Shown: positions 27,212 to 37,894 of the stretch, piece by piece
How positions within the stretch are numbered: position 1 is the first letter of the stretch
Layout: every line of letters begins with the position of its first letter
Origin: Bacilli bacterium
GTDB lineage: Bacteria; Bacillota_I; Bacilli_A; RF39; UBA660
Length of the DNA stretch: 58,668 nt
Direction: 5' to 3'
NCBI GenBank assembly: GCA_017397685.1
Contig: JAFQID010000048.1
Coordinates: 1-58,668 of the forward strand
Notes under the pieces: generated by a model
Told to the model about the DNA's origin: nothing
The model's database searches: none
What the model saw: the letters and a program-made list of their open reading frames with translations, nothing else
Position numbers and translations under genes: made by a program

Positions 27212-27969
27212 ATTTCCTTCACCATCTTTCCATAATCCATGTAATACTTATCAATAAGAGCATAGTCAATTAAGTATTTGTTCAATTCTATTATAAAAGG
27301 AAGACCAATTCCAAGTCTTTTTAAAAGTTTCTCTTCAGTCATTACTTTAGCAGTTTTATCATCACATACTACCTTCATATCACAAACAACTATTGTTCTA
27401 CTTCCAATTAGTGCTTCCTCAACATTATTTGTAATATTAATTATAGTTCCACCTTTTTTAATATATTCATTAAATATCTTCTTTATTTTCTCATAATCTT
27501 CATAGTCTAGTTCACTTAATATATTTTCAAGTACTATAATTTTTGGATTTATAATCATCGCACTTAAAATTTTGACCAAAGCTTTATCATTAGATCCTAA
27601 AGAGTTTGGATCTTTCTCAAGTTTATCTGTTAAATTAAATATTCTTGCTTCTCTTGTAATTATTTCATGAATATCATTTCTACTTATTCCAAGACTTTCA
27701 AGTCCAAAAGCTATTTCATCACTTACTGTTTCTCCGATAAAAATATTTAATTGTTTATATAGTATAAATGATACATCTTGATGATATTTATAGAAATTAG
27801 CATCATTTACTTCTATTTCATCAACAAATATATTTCCTTTTTTGTTATTCCAAAGTAAATTATTTAATATTCGATTGTTTGAATTGCCAAGAATAGTAAT
27901 TATCTGAGGTTTTTCAACATTAAACTCTAAATCTTCATTATATCTATATTTAAGTATACTTTTCTTCAT
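27202..27969 (-). CDS. ecfA1: ECF transporter ATPase A1, strongly degenerate
   Basis: FIGETVSDEIAFGLES and GIGLPF conserved, but Walker A absent (LGNSNNR) and Walker B reads VLEN. Confidence 0.75.
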   Translation of the reverse strand: MKKSILKYRYNEDLEFNVEKPQIITILGNSNNRILNNLLWNNKKGNIFVDEIEVNDANFYKYHQDVSFILYKQLNIFIGETVSDEIAFGLESLGISRNDIHEIITREARIFNLTDKLEKDPNSLGSNDKALVKILSAMIINPKIIVLENILSELDYEDYEKIKKIFNEYIKKGGTIINITNNVEEALIGSRTIVVCDMKVVCDDKTAKVMTEEKLLKRLGIGLPFIIELNKYLIDYALIDKYYMDYGKMVKEIWK

Positions 27970-28027
27970 AAATTATCTCCGATTTTTAAAAAATATATAT
28001 ATTTATAATAACATAAAAAGAAAAAAA

Positions 28028-28059
28028 AGTTTATAGAATATTTTTATTTTCTATAAACT
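28028..28059 (-). terminator. Intrinsic terminator after the pilin-like gene
   Basis: AGTTTATAGAA-10 nt-TTCTATAAACT. Confidence 0.65.
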
Positions 28060-28771
28060 AATTAATTACAATTTCAACATTATCGTCATTAATCATTTTT
28101 GCTGATAAATCAGTTATTTGAGGATTTTCAAGTTGCTGTACATTATATATTCCCATTACTCTCCACATAACATCATCATATTTTAAGTAATTGTTAACAT
28201 CACTACCACCTGAAATTAAGCAAGCATCAATTAATCCTGATGTTATATTACTACAATTACACGAATTACCATTAATATCTTTTCCAACAAATGTTCCATT
28301 TTCTAGTTTTTCACATACTATTGCTGTTAAAATTCCATCATCTTCTGGTGAAGTGTCCGCACCAAACTCGCCAACTACACCAACCGCAGCTTGTTTAAGT
28401 AATACCCAACTATCATTCATCGATACCTTATCTACCGGATTTACTACACAACCTTCTTCAATTTTATAACTTTCATCTTCTATTTTATTACATTCATCAT
28501 CACTTGATGTTGCTTCAGAATCTAAATAATTATTTTGTATTAATTCTGAAACATATACTTTAACTTCAGTTTTACCGTTAAAGATATCTGGATTATCCGC
28601 CCCATATAATTCAGCTGCGGTTATAATATGCTCCTTCTTAGATGAAAGCATTCTTTTGTTTATATTTTTGTTTACTACAATTATGCTTGGTACAGCAATT
28701 ACGGCTATTATAGCTATAATAGCTATTACTACTAACATTTCAGATAATGTAAATCCTTTTTTATTCTTCAT
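28058..28771 (-). CDS. Type IV pilin-like protein with class III signal peptide
   Basis: MKNKKG|FTLSEMLVVIAIIAIIAVIAVP. Confidence 0.88.
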   Translation of the reverse strand: MKNKKGFTLSEMLVVIAIIAIIAVIAVPSIIVVNKNINKRMLSSKKEHIITAAELYGADNPDIFNGKTEVKVYVSELIQNNYLDSEATSSDDECNKIEDESYKIEEGCVVNPVDKVSMNDSWVLLKQAAVGVVGEFGADTSPEDDGILTAIVCEKLENGTFVGKDINGNSCNCSNITSGLIDACLISGGSDVNNYLKYDDVMWRVMGIYNVQQLENPQITDLSAKMINDDNVEIVIN

Positions 28772-28822
28772 ATAACACCTCTTTATCTATCATCTTTATT
28801 ATAAAATCTTTTTCATATTAAT

Positions 28823-29416
28823 TCAACTATTTTTTTGCAAATAATTGTTAATTATTTCATAAACTCTTTCTCTTCCCACTTTTGTTATTGAAGAAAAGTT
28901 TATTATTTCATCTCCAATTATAGGTTCTAATGTCTTTTTTATAAGTTCATCTTGTTTAACTCTTAAAGATTTTCCTACTTTATCATATTTTGTTGCAATG
29001 ATTGTTACAGGTAAGTTATAGTATTTTAAAAACTTATACATAAGTACATCATCTTCCGTAGGTTTATGTCTATAATCAACTAAAAGGAAAGTATGCTTTA
29101 AGTTAGGTCTGTTTTTTAAATATTCCTCAATCATAAGACCAAACTTTTCTATTTGTTTTTTACTTACATTTGCATACCCGTATCCAGGAACATCTACTAA
29201 ATAAAACATTTTATTTATTTCATAAAAGTTTAATGTTTGTGTTTTTCCTGGTTTAGATGATGTTCTAGCAATATTTTTTCTTCCTGTAATAGCATTTATA
29301 AAACTACTTTTCCCAACATTACTTCTACCTAATATTAAAAACTCTAACTTTTTATCTTCAGGGTACTGTGAAACCCTCACTGCAATAATAGGTTCTTCTA
29401 CTTGTGTTATTTCCAT
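28823..29416 (-). CDS. engB: Ribosome biogenesis GTPase YsxC/EngB
   Basis: GRSNVGKSSFIN, SSKPGKT, DVPGYGY, TKYDK. Confidence 0.95.
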   Translation of the reverse strand: MEITQVEEPIIAVRVSQYPEDKKLEFLILGRSNVGKSSFINAITGRKNIARTSSKPGKTQTLNFYEINKMFYLVDVPGYGYANVSKKQIEKFGLMIEEYLKNRPNLKHTFLLVDYRHKPTEDDVLMYKFLKYYNLPVTIIATKYDKVGKSLRVKQDELIKKTLEPIIGDEIINFSSITKVGRERVYEIINNYLQKNS

Positions 29417-29417
29417 T

Positions 29418-30371
29418 TTACTTCTCCTTACTATATAGTTTTGTAACTTCAGATAATTCTTCTAATAATTTATCTAACACTAATTTTTCACCTGTTCTAA
29501 CCCCACTTGCAAACTTGTGTCCACCACCGCCATATTTCGCTGCAATTTCATTAATTTCTGGACCTCTACTTCTAATGTTTACTCTATACTGATTATTTTT
29601 AATATCATATGTAATAAATGCCCATACCAAAATTTCATTAATATTATTAAAATCATTTATCATATTTGCTGGTGCAGCAATATCAGTTCCAATAGATGAT
29701 AATATTTCTTCATCAAGATGTATGTAAGCAAAACCATTTTTATCTACCTTAAGTGTAGAAGCGATATGCCCCATTAATCTTATTTCACTTATAGGCCTAC
29801 TATAAAGATCTCTATTAATTTTTTCTAAATCAAGTTTATATTTTTTTATTAAATCACTTGCTAAAAATAATGTTTCATTAGATGTGTTGTATAAAAATCT
29901 ATTTGTGTCACTTATTATACCAATATATAATTTTCTAGCTATACTTTCATTTATTTTTAGTCTAGTATTTTGTAAAAGCTTAGCAACCACTTCACAAGTA
30001 GAAGACGCTTTTTCATTAATAAGTTCTACTTTTCCAAACGTATCTACTTTTGGATGATGATCTATCTTAATAACATTTTTAAACTTTGAAAAATCTTCCA
30101 CATCAACTCTTTTGTTATCTGGCACATCTAAAGCTATGACTAAAGCATTATCATAGTCATAAGTATTTAATTTATCTATTTTACCAAGATAATTAAATCT
30201 AGAAACAGAAGTACCTAAGGCATATATTTCTTTATTAGGAAATGTAAGCTTAATACTTTCTTTAAGAGCTAACTGACTTCCAAGTGCATCAGGATCAGGT
30301 CCAATATGTCTTACTAGATATATTTTTTTATATTTTTTAATTTCATTATATATTAGTTTATATATATTCAT
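29418..30371 (-). CDS. nrnA: DHH-family oligoribonuclease/PAP phosphatase
   Basis: RHIGPDPDALGSQ, IDHHP, SDTNRF, GGGHKFASG. Confidence 0.9.
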   Translation of the reverse strand: MNIYKLIYNEIKKYKKIYLVRHIGPDPDALGSQLALKESIKLTFPNKEIYALGTSVSRFNYLGKIDKLNTYDYDNALVIALDVPDNKRVDVEDFSKFKNVIKIDHHPKVDTFGKVELINEKASSTCEVVAKLLQNTRLKINESIARKLYIGIISDTNRFLYNTSNETLFLASDLIKKYKLDLEKINRDLYSRPISEIRLMGHIASTLKVDKNGFAYIHLDEEILSSIGTDIAAPANMINDFNNINEILVWAFITYDIKNNQYRVNIRSRGPEINEIAAKYGGGGHKFASGVRTGEKLVLDKLLEELSEVTKLYSKEK

Positions 30372-30388
30372 AATTTTATTTCTTTCTA

Positions 30389-31570
30389 TTAATTATTTAT
30401 TAAATTATAAGTATCTTTAGCTATCATAAGTTCTTCATCTGTTGGAACTACCATAACTTTTATACTTGAATCTCCAGCACTTATCTGTGCAAACTTTCCT
30501 CTTAATCCTGTGTTTGCTTCTTCATTTAATTTAACATTCATAAAAGCTAATCTCTTGATTACAAGTTCTCTAATTATATCACTGTTTTCACCAACTCCCG
30601 CGGTAAATGTTATATAATCAGTTCCTTCCAATAATGCATTATACATAACAATATAATCAACAATTTTTTTAACATACATATTTATTGCAGTAATACATCT
30701 TGGATCTTTTTGCATGTAAGCATCTTCCACATCTCTCATATCACTAGATAATCCAGATAACGCAGCCATACCACTGTTTTTATTTAAATCAGTCATAACT
30801 TCTTCAAAAGTTTTATTTTCACATGACATAACATATGGAATTAAACCTAAATCAATATCTCCACATCTTGTACCCATTATAACACCAGCAATCGGAGTAA
30901 AGCCCATTGATGTTGCAATACTTTTCCCATCTTTAATCGCACAAATACTCGCACCGTTACCTATATGACAATTAATTATTTTTTTATGTTCTCCTAAATA
31001 TTCAAACATCTTTTCACTTATATATCTATGACTTGTTCCATGAAAACCATATCTTCTTACTCCATATTTTTCATACCAACTATATGGAACAGCATATAAA
31101 TATTCTTCTTTATCCATTGTTTGATGGAATGCAGTATCAAAAACCGCTACCATTGGTGTATTAGGAAGTATTTCTTTAAAACTTCTTATTCCTACAAGAT
31201 TCGCTGGATTATGAAGTGGAGCAAGTGGAATAAGTTTTTCAACTTCCTTAATTACATCATCATCAATAACAACACTTTCAGTATATTTATCCCCACCATG
31301 AACTAGTCTATGACCAACTCCTGATATTTCGTCATAAGATGAAATTATTTTCAATTCAATTAGCGAATCTAATAATATTTTAACCGCATCTTTATGATCT
31401 TTTAATTCGCTTTCCTTTTTTATTTTTTCTCCATTATATTTTATAGTATAAAAACTTCCTGAAATTCCTATTTTTTCAAACGTTCCTGAAACTATAACTT
31501 CTTGTTCTGGCAATTCTATTAAAGTAAATTTTAATGATGAACTTCCAGCATTTACACTTAGTATTTTCAT
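30389..31570 (-). CDS. ackA: Acetate kinase (likely start ATG at 31570)
   Basis: NAGSSSLKF, GHRLVHGG, APLHNPA, FDTAFH, YGFHGTSH, FTAGVGEN, TDEEL. Confidence 0.97.
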   Translation of the reverse strand: MKILSVNAGSSSLKFTLIELPEQEVIVSGTFEKIGISGSFYTIKYNGEKIKKESELKDHKDAVKILLDSLIELKIISSYDEISGVGHRLVHGGDKYTESVVIDDDVIKEVEKLIPLAPLHNPANLVGIRSFKEILPNTPMVAVFDTAFHQTMDKEEYLYAVPYSWYEKYGVRRYGFHGTSHRYISEKMFEYLGEHKKIINCHIGNGASICAIKDGKSIATSMGFTPIAGVIMGTRCGDIDLGLIPYVMSCENKTFEEVMTDLNKNSGMAALSGLSSDMRDVEDAYMQKDPRCITAINMYVKKIVDYIVMYNALLEGTDYITFTAGVGENSDIIRELVIKRLAFMNVKLNEEANTGLRGKFAQISAGDSSIKVMVVPTDEELMIAKDTYNLINN

Positions 31571-31688
31571 ATTATATTCCTTCTTTCTATACATGTATTA
31601 TAACAACATTATGCTTAAAGGTCAAAAGTTTTAAATAATTACTTTTTAAAATTTAAAAAGAAGAAAATATTTTCTTCATATAATTAAA

Positions 31689-32735
31689 TTATTCTAAATT
31701 AAGTATCTTATATTTTTTAGGATCAACGAGTATCTTAACCGCACTATCATTTCCACTAGTTAATCTTTCAAAAGCTTCTTGTACTTCCTCAAGTGAAACT
31801 ACATCATCAACAAACTTTTCAAGATTAATTTCGTTTGTACTTGCAAGTCTAATAACTTCATCAAACTCATGAGCACTATATCCAATAGTCCCTTTAATAT
31901 TAATTTCTTTCATTATTCCAGCAACTAAAGGAATATTAACAAGTCCCATAGAAATACCAACTAATATCAAATTACCATCAGGTTTAGTAAACATAATCGC
32001 ACTACTTAAAGCAGGACTATTGCCACAGCAATCAAACACAACATCAAAACCATTTCCCGTTTTAGACATAACTTTTTCATTTAAATTTTCATCTAAAGCA
32101 TTAAACCATTCATCACACACTCCAAGCTTAAATGCTTTTTCTCCTCTTGATTCATTAGTTTCAGTAAGTGCAACATAACCAGCACCTCTACTTTTAGCAA
32201 ACATCGCGCATAAAAGACCAATTATTCCTCCGCCAACTACTAAAACCTTATCTCCTTCATTTACATCAGATAAATTAACAGCTCTATAAGATACTGCAGC
32301 TGGTTCTATCATCGCACCTACCTTATCATTAATACTATCTGGAAGAAGTCTAACCATATCTTCTCTAACTAAAACTCTTTCACTAAATGCTCCAGGATTA
32401 TCAAGACTAAGACCAACCGCATAAGTCCAAGTCTCAGCACATATTTGAATATCACTTTTTTTGCACTCATCACATTTCATACATGGTGATATAGGCAAAG
32501 CAGTTACTCTATCTCCAACATTAAATCTTTCGCATCCTCCATTATCTAAAACGATACCACAAAACTCATGTCCCATAACAAGACCCTTAGGATCACCCAA
32601 ATCCCAGTAATGTATATCAGACCCACAAATACCAGCCTTCAAAACCTCTATTAAAACATAACCTTCTTTAGGTAATAATTTTTCTCTTGTTTCTACTTCA
32701 AGTGCTTTTACACCTTTAATAACCACACTTCTCAT
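31689..32735 (-). CDS. Zinc-dependent medium-chain alcohol/polyol dehydrogenase
   Basis: CGSD, GHEFCG, CxxCxxC-7-C, GGGIIG, FDCCG; substrate cannot be assigned. Confidence 0.9.
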   Translation of the reverse strand: MRSVVIKGVKALEVETREKLLPKEGYVLIEVLKAGICGSDIHYWDLGDPKGLVMGHEFCGIVLDNGGCERFNVGDRVTALPISPCMKCDECKKSDIQICAETWTYAVGLSLDNPGAFSERVLVREDMVRLLPDSINDKVGAMIEPAAVSYRAVNLSDVNEGDKVLVVGGGIIGLLCAMFAKSRGAGYVALTETNESRGEKAFKLGVCDEWFNALDENLNEKVMSKTGNGFDVVFDCCGNSPALSSAIMFTKPDGNLILVGISMGLVNIPLVAGIMKEINIKGTIGYSAHEFDEVIRLASTNEINLEKFVDDVVSLEEVQEAFERLTSGNDSAVKILVDPKKYKILNLE

Positions 32736-32816
32736 CTTTTTGCCTCCTATTATTAATAATATTTTAACACATTCAAATTAAAAATGCACTATTAATTTTT
32801 AAAATAATACAAGCAA

Positions 32817-32840
32817 AAACCTCAGCTTTACCTGAGGTTT
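32817..32840 (-). terminator. Intrinsic terminator after rubrerythrin
   Basis: AAACCTCAG-6 nt-CTGAGGTTT. Confidence 0.75.
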
Positions 32841-32850
32841 AAATAACTAA

Positions 32851-33390
32851 TTAATAATTAACACTTCTAAGTTCCATATAACTTCTAGAATGTTTACATA
32901 CTGGGCACATTTCTAAAGCATCTTTTCCCTTATAAATATGACCACAATTTCTACATATCCAAATTACTTCTTCATCTCTATGGAAAACTAAATTATTTTC
33001 AATATTACCTACTAAAGTCATATATCTTTCTTCATGATGTTTTTCAATTTCACCAACTTTTTCAAAAAGAAATGCTATTTCATCAAATCCTTCTTCTTTC
33101 GCAGTCTTAGCAAACTCAGCGTACATTAGAGTCCACTCATAATTTTCACCAGCCGCAGCATCCTTTAAATTTTCTAAAGTACTAGGTACTTCACCACCAT
33201 GTAATGCTTTAAACCATAACTTAGCATGCTCCTTTTCATTATTAGCAGTTTCATCAAAAATCGCAGCAATTTGTTCATACCCATCTTTTTTAGCTTTACT
33301 AGCATAATAACTATACTTATTTCTAGCTTGGCTCTCTCCTGCAAACGCAGCCATTAAATTTGCTTCAGTTTTACTTCCTTTTAATTCCAT
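32851..33390 (-). CDS. rbr: Rubrerythrin (likely start ATG at 33390)
   Basis: [26 protein letters not shown] and C-terminal CRNCG...CPVC. Confidence 0.95.
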   Translation of the reverse strand: MELKGSKTEANLMAAFAGESQARNKYSYYASKAKKDGYEQIAAIFDETANNEKEHAKLWFKALHGGEVPSTLENLKDAAAGENYEWTLMYAEFAKTAKEEGFDEIAFLFEKVGEIEKHHEERYMTLVGNIENNLVFHRDEEVIWICRNCGHIYKGKDALEMCPVCKHSRSYMELRSVNY

Positions 33391-33392
33391 TA

Positions 33393-33767
33393 TTATTTTT
33401 CCTCCTCCTTTAAACATTTATTACAAATGCCTCTAAATAATGAATTATATGAGATAACTTTAAAACTATATTCTTTATTTATAATATCCTTAAAAGATAA
33501 TTCAACATCACTCATCTTATTACATTTAACACATAACAAATGCGTGTGTTCCATCAATGTTTTATCAAATCTATCATAACCATCAGAAACTTCTATTCTT
33601 TTAATCAAACCCTTAGAAACTAAAGCATTCAAATTTCGATAAACAGTTCCCAAACTAAGTTTTGGATAATCACCCTTTAAACTAGAATATATATCAAGTG
33701 CACTAGGATGATCATAGCTAGATAAAACAAAATTATAAATAATATCTCGTTGCTCAGAATACCTCAT
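33393..33767 (-). CDS. Fur-family regulator, PerR-like (likely start ATG at 33767)
   Basis: [31 protein letters not shown]; adjacent to rubrerythrin. Confidence 0.88.
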   Translation of the reverse strand: MRYSEQRDIIYNFVLSSYDHPSALDIYSSLKGDYPKLSLGTVYRNLNALVSKGLIKRIEVSDGYDRFDKTLMEHTHLLCVKCNKMSDVELSFKDIINKEYSFKVISYNSLFRGICNKCLKEEEK

Positions 33768-33782
33768 AACAAGCCTTTCTTT

Positions 33783-33801
33783 AGTAGTAATCATTACTAC
33801 T
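33783..33801. promoter_or_regulatory. Fur/Per-box-like operator
   Basis: Perfect 9-1-9 inverted repeat AGTAGTAAT-C-ATTACTACT just downstream of a TTGACT-17-TAAAAT promoter (33811-33839, minus strand). Confidence 0.7.
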
Positions 33802-33857
33802 TACAAAAATATTTTATATTATAAAAAAAAGAAAGTCAATATAAAAATTTAACTTTC

Positions 33858-34397
33858 TTAAACTCTTGCCACTTGAATTAAATCAACCTCTACTGGAGTT
33901 TCTTGTCCAAATAAATCAATAAGTACAGTAAGTTTTTCATTTTCCTTATCTTCACTTTCAACTTTACCATACATTCCTTTAAACGGACCATCTATAATAG
34001 ATACACTGTCACCTACTTCAATATCAGTATTTAAAGTAGTATTCTTAACATCACTATCACCTATAAATCTTTTAACTTCTTCTGGCGAAAGTGGAATTGG
34101 TTTAGCTCCTTTACCTGAAGAACCAATAAATCCAGTAACTCCAGGTGTATTACGAACAACGTACCAAGCCTCATCACTCATAATCATTTCAATCAAAACA
34201 TATCCAGGAAACATCTTTCTAACTTTTTCTTTTTTTACACCATCTTTTACTTCAACTTCAACTTTTTCAGGAACTACAACTCTAAAAATATTATTTTCCA
34301 TTCCCATAGTCTCAGTTCTAGACTCTAGATTCTCTTTAACTTTTTGTTCATGCCCAGAATAAGCATTAACAACATACCATAACTTCTCGCCTTCCAT
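33858..34397 (-). CDS. nusG: Transcription termination/antitermination factor NusG
   Basis: WYVVNAYSGHEQKV, FPGYVL, VRNTPGVTGF, KOW motif IIDGPF. Confidence 0.97.
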   Translation of the reverse strand: MEGEKLWYVVNAYSGHEQKVKENLESRTETMGMENNIFRVVVPEKVEVEVKDGVKKEKVRKMFPGYVLIEMIMSDEAWYVVRNTPGVTGFIGSSGKGAKPIPLSPEEVKRFIGDSDVKNTTLNTDIEVGDSVSIIDGPFKGMYGKVESEDKENEKLTVLIDLFGQETPVEVDLIQVARV

Positions 34398-34576
34398 TAT
34401 TTTAAAAGCCCCCTAACAAGTGCAAACAAAGCATCGAAACCATAAAAATATACTCCAAAAAATACAAGCATAACTATAGTAATAACAGAATACTTAAATA
34501 ACTTTTTTCCATCTGGCCATCTAACCATTTTAGTTTCTTTCTTAATTCCCTTAAAAAATGATTTAATCTTCTTCAT
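34397..34576 (-). CDS. secE: Preprotein translocase subunit SecE (59 aa, not in ORF track)
   Basis: Manual translation MKKIKSFFKGIKKETKMVRWPDGKKLFKYSVITIVMLVFFGVYFYGFDALFALVRGLLK; TAATG overlap with nusG. Confidence 0.93.
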   Translation of the reverse strand: MKKIKSFFKGIKKETKMVRWPDGKKLFKYSVITIVMLVFFGVYFYGFDALFALVRGLLK

Positions 34577-34661
34577 TTTTCCTCCCTAAAAAAAAACACT
34601 TCTTTGTGTCATTAAAATAATACCATTATTTCAAACATAATTCAAGTGTTTTTTTAAAATT

Positions 34662-34973
34662 TTAAACGCTTCTAATATCTTTAATATCACTTATATATAT
34701 TTTTTTATTATCTATAGTAAGTAAATAATCAAAAGTTTTATAAACAATATTAACTTCATCACAAAAATCATCAGTTCTTACATAAACTCTTTTTTTATAT
34801 ATAAAATCCCTAGAAGAAAATATATCACTTATTTTTTTTCTTACAGTTTCTTCATCTAAATCATTATTTTCTTTAATATCAATATATTCATCTTTATAAC
34901 TATAAAATATTTCTTTATTATTATTTATCTTCTTGTTTTGTTTTACATAAACCCTAGGAATTTTCTTATCCAT
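34662..34973 (-). CDS. Hypothetical protein
   Basis: Clean ORF with AGGTG RBS downstream of smpB. Confidence 0.6.
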   Translation of the reverse strand: MDKKIPRVYVKQNKKINNNKEIFYSYKDEYIDIKENNDLDEETVRKKISDIFSSRDFIYKKRVYVRTDDFCDEVNIVYKTFDYLLTIDNKKIYISDIKDIRSV

Positions 34974-35000
34974 ATTATTTCACCTAAAAAATTATATGAA

Positions 35001-35429
35001 TCAAAATCTATTATATTCTCTTCTCTTTAAATCTTTTTCCTTTAAAGCTTCTCTCTTATCAAATTTCTTCTTACCAGCGCATACTCCAAGAAGAACTTTA
35101 GCTTTACCACGAGTAATATATATTTTCAAAGGAACTAAAGTATATTTATTTTTACTTATAGACCCACCAAGTCTAATAATTTCTCTTTTATGAAGTAATA
35201 GTTTTCTTTCCCTACGCTCATCATGATTAAATCTATTACCCTCTTCATATCTACTAATAAACATATTAATAAGAAAAACTTCATTATTTTTAATTCTTCC
35301 ATAACAATCATTAATATTAGCATTACCAAGTCTAATACTCTTAATTTCAGTACCAACAAGTTCAATTCCTGCTTCTATTTCACTAATAACAGTATAATCA
35401 TGCCTAGCTTTTCTATTAACAATCTCCAT
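35001..35429 (-). CDS. smpB: SsrA-binding protein
   Basis: [42 protein letters not shown]. Confidence 0.97.
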   Translation of the reverse strand: MEIVNRKARHDYTVISEIEAGIELVGTEIKSIRLGNANINDCYGRIKNNEVFLINMFISRYEEGNRFNHDERRERKLLLHKREIIRLGGSISKNKYTLVPLKIYITRGKAKVLLGVCAGKKKFDKREALKEKDLKRREYNRF

Positions 35430-37669
35430 TATAATTTCCTCACAAGTTTAAAATCAATCTCTCTTGACTCTGGATAAGCACCTATGCATTCTACTTTTAC
35501 CTTATCTCCAATCATATAAAGAATCTTATTACCTCTTCCTCTATAACCTTCAATATCTTCATCATAATACACTCTATCTTCAAGAGTAGAAACATCAACT
35601 CTTCCACTTATATATTTATCAGTAATTACAAAGAACCCATCCTTAAGACAACTATCAATAACCGCATCATACTCCTCACCCACATGGTTAGTCATATATT
35701 TAGCCGCAAACATATCATCAATAGCTCTCTCACACTTTTCACTATTTCTTTCAGTTCCACTAACATGATCACTCATATAAGCAATATAACCATTCCACTT
35801 ATCTAGAAATTCCTTAGTATACTTATTTTGAATTAAACAATACTTAATAATTCTATGACCCATCGTATCACTAAATCTTCTAATAGGTGATGTAAAATGC
35901 GAATAACATGGACTTGCTATACCAAAATGTCCTCTATTTTCAGGACTATAAACAGCTTTTTGCATACTTCTAAGAAGTTTTTTATTAAAAATACTATACT
36001 TTTCAGTATCCTTAAGAAAATCATTAAGTTTTTGAACATCCATACTAGAAATATTATCAAAATCAATCTTACCTTTATACTGCACACCAAGTAAAGAAAT
36101 ATAATTAATAAAGTTTTGTATTTTTAAAGGAGATGGCATATCATGAACACGGTATACATAAGGAAACCCAGCATCGAACATTTCACTAGCAACACTTTCA
36201 TTCGCCGCAATCATAAAATCTTCAATTAGCTTCTCAGCTTCTCTTTGAACCCTAAGTTTAACATCAATCGGAAACTTATTTTCATCAAACTCAAACTTAA
36301 TCTCATTGCTTTCAAAATCAATCTCACCACGTCTTTTTTTCATAGAACGTATAATCTTAGATAAAGTATGCATATTATTAAGAATCTTATCACATGGTAC
36401 TTTAATAACATCTCCAGAAACATATTCCTTTCTTTCATTATATTGATACGCCTCATCCAAAGTCATATTATTAAGCATAATAACTTCTTCAAAACTTTCT
36501 CCATCTTTCAAAATATAATCAAGAGTTTCATATCCTTCCGCTTTTTCTCCATCTAAAATCTTTTGAACACTATCATAATTCATCTGTTTCCTAGAATTAA
36601 TAATGCCTTCTACCACTCTAGAAGAAACAACTTTACCACTAGGATTAATTTCCATAATACATGACATAGTAAATCTATCAACATTAGGATTAAGTGAACA
36701 TATTCCATTAGAAAGTTCAGGTGGATACATAGGTTCAACACTATAAGCAAGATAATTAGAATTACCACGCACTCCAGCTTCTTTCCATAGCTCACTATCC
36801 TCATGAACAAAATGAGTAACATCCGCAATATGAACACCTAGTTCATAATTACCATTAGGTAAAAACTTCACACTAATCGCATCATCTATATCTTTAGTAT
36901 CACATCCATCAATCGTAAAAATTATCTCATTTCTAAAATCTTCTCTTCCCTTAGAAATCTCACTTTCAATATCCTCTAAGCTAAGTATTTGTGGTAAACT
37001 TCTAGCTTCCTTAAGAACCTCATCACTAAAACCAAATCTAATACCAAACTCCCCAGAAGCAACAATTTTAATATCACTATCAGGAGCATTCTTATGGGTA
37101 ATTACTTCTCCAGCCTTCGCAAGAACATTATTTCTATCAATATCCTTAACATACTTAAGAGAAATAATTTGACCATCAACATAAGGCGCATTTTTATCAT
37201 AATCAACTACTACATTAAAAGGAAGCTCCTCATCAGATAAAATAGAAAAACTTACCTTTCCATTATTAACTACAACCTCAGCAAGATTCTTACCTAAATT
37301 TCTATTTATAACTTTAATAATCTTTCCTTCATTTTCCTCTTCATTAATAATCTTAACTAATACAGTATCATTATGAGATGCATTAAGCATGTAAGGCCTA
37401 GCAATAAAAATATCTTCTTCCCTTCCAGGAACAACAACATGAGCATTTCCTTTCATATGCATATCAACAACGCCTTTAATCAAATCACTCTTACGATATC
37501 TATTAGCTTTTCCTATAACAATAAGTCCTTCACTTTCTAGCTCATACAAACACTCTTGAACACTTTTAAGATCATCTACTGTATCATTGTCAAATAACTT
37601 CCTTGTTATCTCAAGCGCATCAAGTCCACCCTTTTCTCCTTCAATTAAACCTAATATTTTCTCTTTCAT
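35429..37669 (-). CDS. rnr: Ribonuclease R, with an internal insertion
   Basis: [48 protein letters not shown]-terminal S1 domain; upstream of smpB. Confidence 0.95.
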   Translation of the reverse strand: MKEKILGLIEGEKGGLDALEITRKLFDNDTVDDLKSVQECLYELESEGLIVIGKANRYRKSDLIKGVVDMHMKGNAHVVVPGREEDIFIARPYMLNASHNDTVLVKIINEEENEGKIIKVINRNLGKNLAEVVVNNGKVSFSILSDEELPFNVVVDYDKNAPYVDGQIISLKYVKDIDRNNVLAKAGEVITHKNAPDSDIKIVASGEFGIRFGFSDEVLKEARSLPQILSLEDIESEISKGREDFRNEIIFTIDGCDTKDIDDAISVKFLPNGNYELGVHIADVTHFVHEDSELWKEAGVRGNSNYLAYSVEPMYPPELSNGICSLNPNVDRFTMSCIMEINPSGKVVSSRVVEGIINSRKQMNYDSVQKILDGEKAEGYETLDYILKDGESFEEVIMLNNMTLDEAYQYNERKEYVSGDVIKVPCDKILNNMHTLSKIIRSMKKRRGEIDFESNEIKFEFDENKFPIDVKLRVQREAEKLIEDFMIAANESVASEMFDAGFPYVYRVHDMPSPLKIQNFINYISLLGVQYKGKIDFDNISSMDVQKLNDFLKDTEKYSIFNKKLLRSMQKAVYSPENRGHFGIASPCYSHFTSPIRRFSDTMGHRIIKYCLIQNKYTKEFLDKWNGYIAYMSDHVSGTERNSEKCERAIDDMFAAKYMTNHVGEEYDAVIDSCLKDGFFVITDKYISGRVDVSTLEDRVYYDEDIEGYRGRGNKILYMIGDKVKVECIGAYPESREIDFKLVRKL

Positions 37670-37894
37670 ACCAAAAATCTCCTATATACATATAGTTTAC
37701 CACATATTTCAATAAATTTAAAAAAGTTTATCAAAAATATTAATATAATACTTAATTTCTCTTACATTTATAATTGCTAATAGTGTAGCAAGCAACACCT
37801 TTTTTATATAAAATAAAAATTATAACCATATAATAATTATAATTTAACATGCAAACTTAACAAATTAATAAAATATATTAGAATATAAAAAAGA

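Noticed and set aside
37774-37791. TTGCTA-N6-TAGCAA inverted repeat upstream of rnr
   Set aside because: Short; does not match CIRCE or any operator I recognise; could arise by chance in AT-rich DNA
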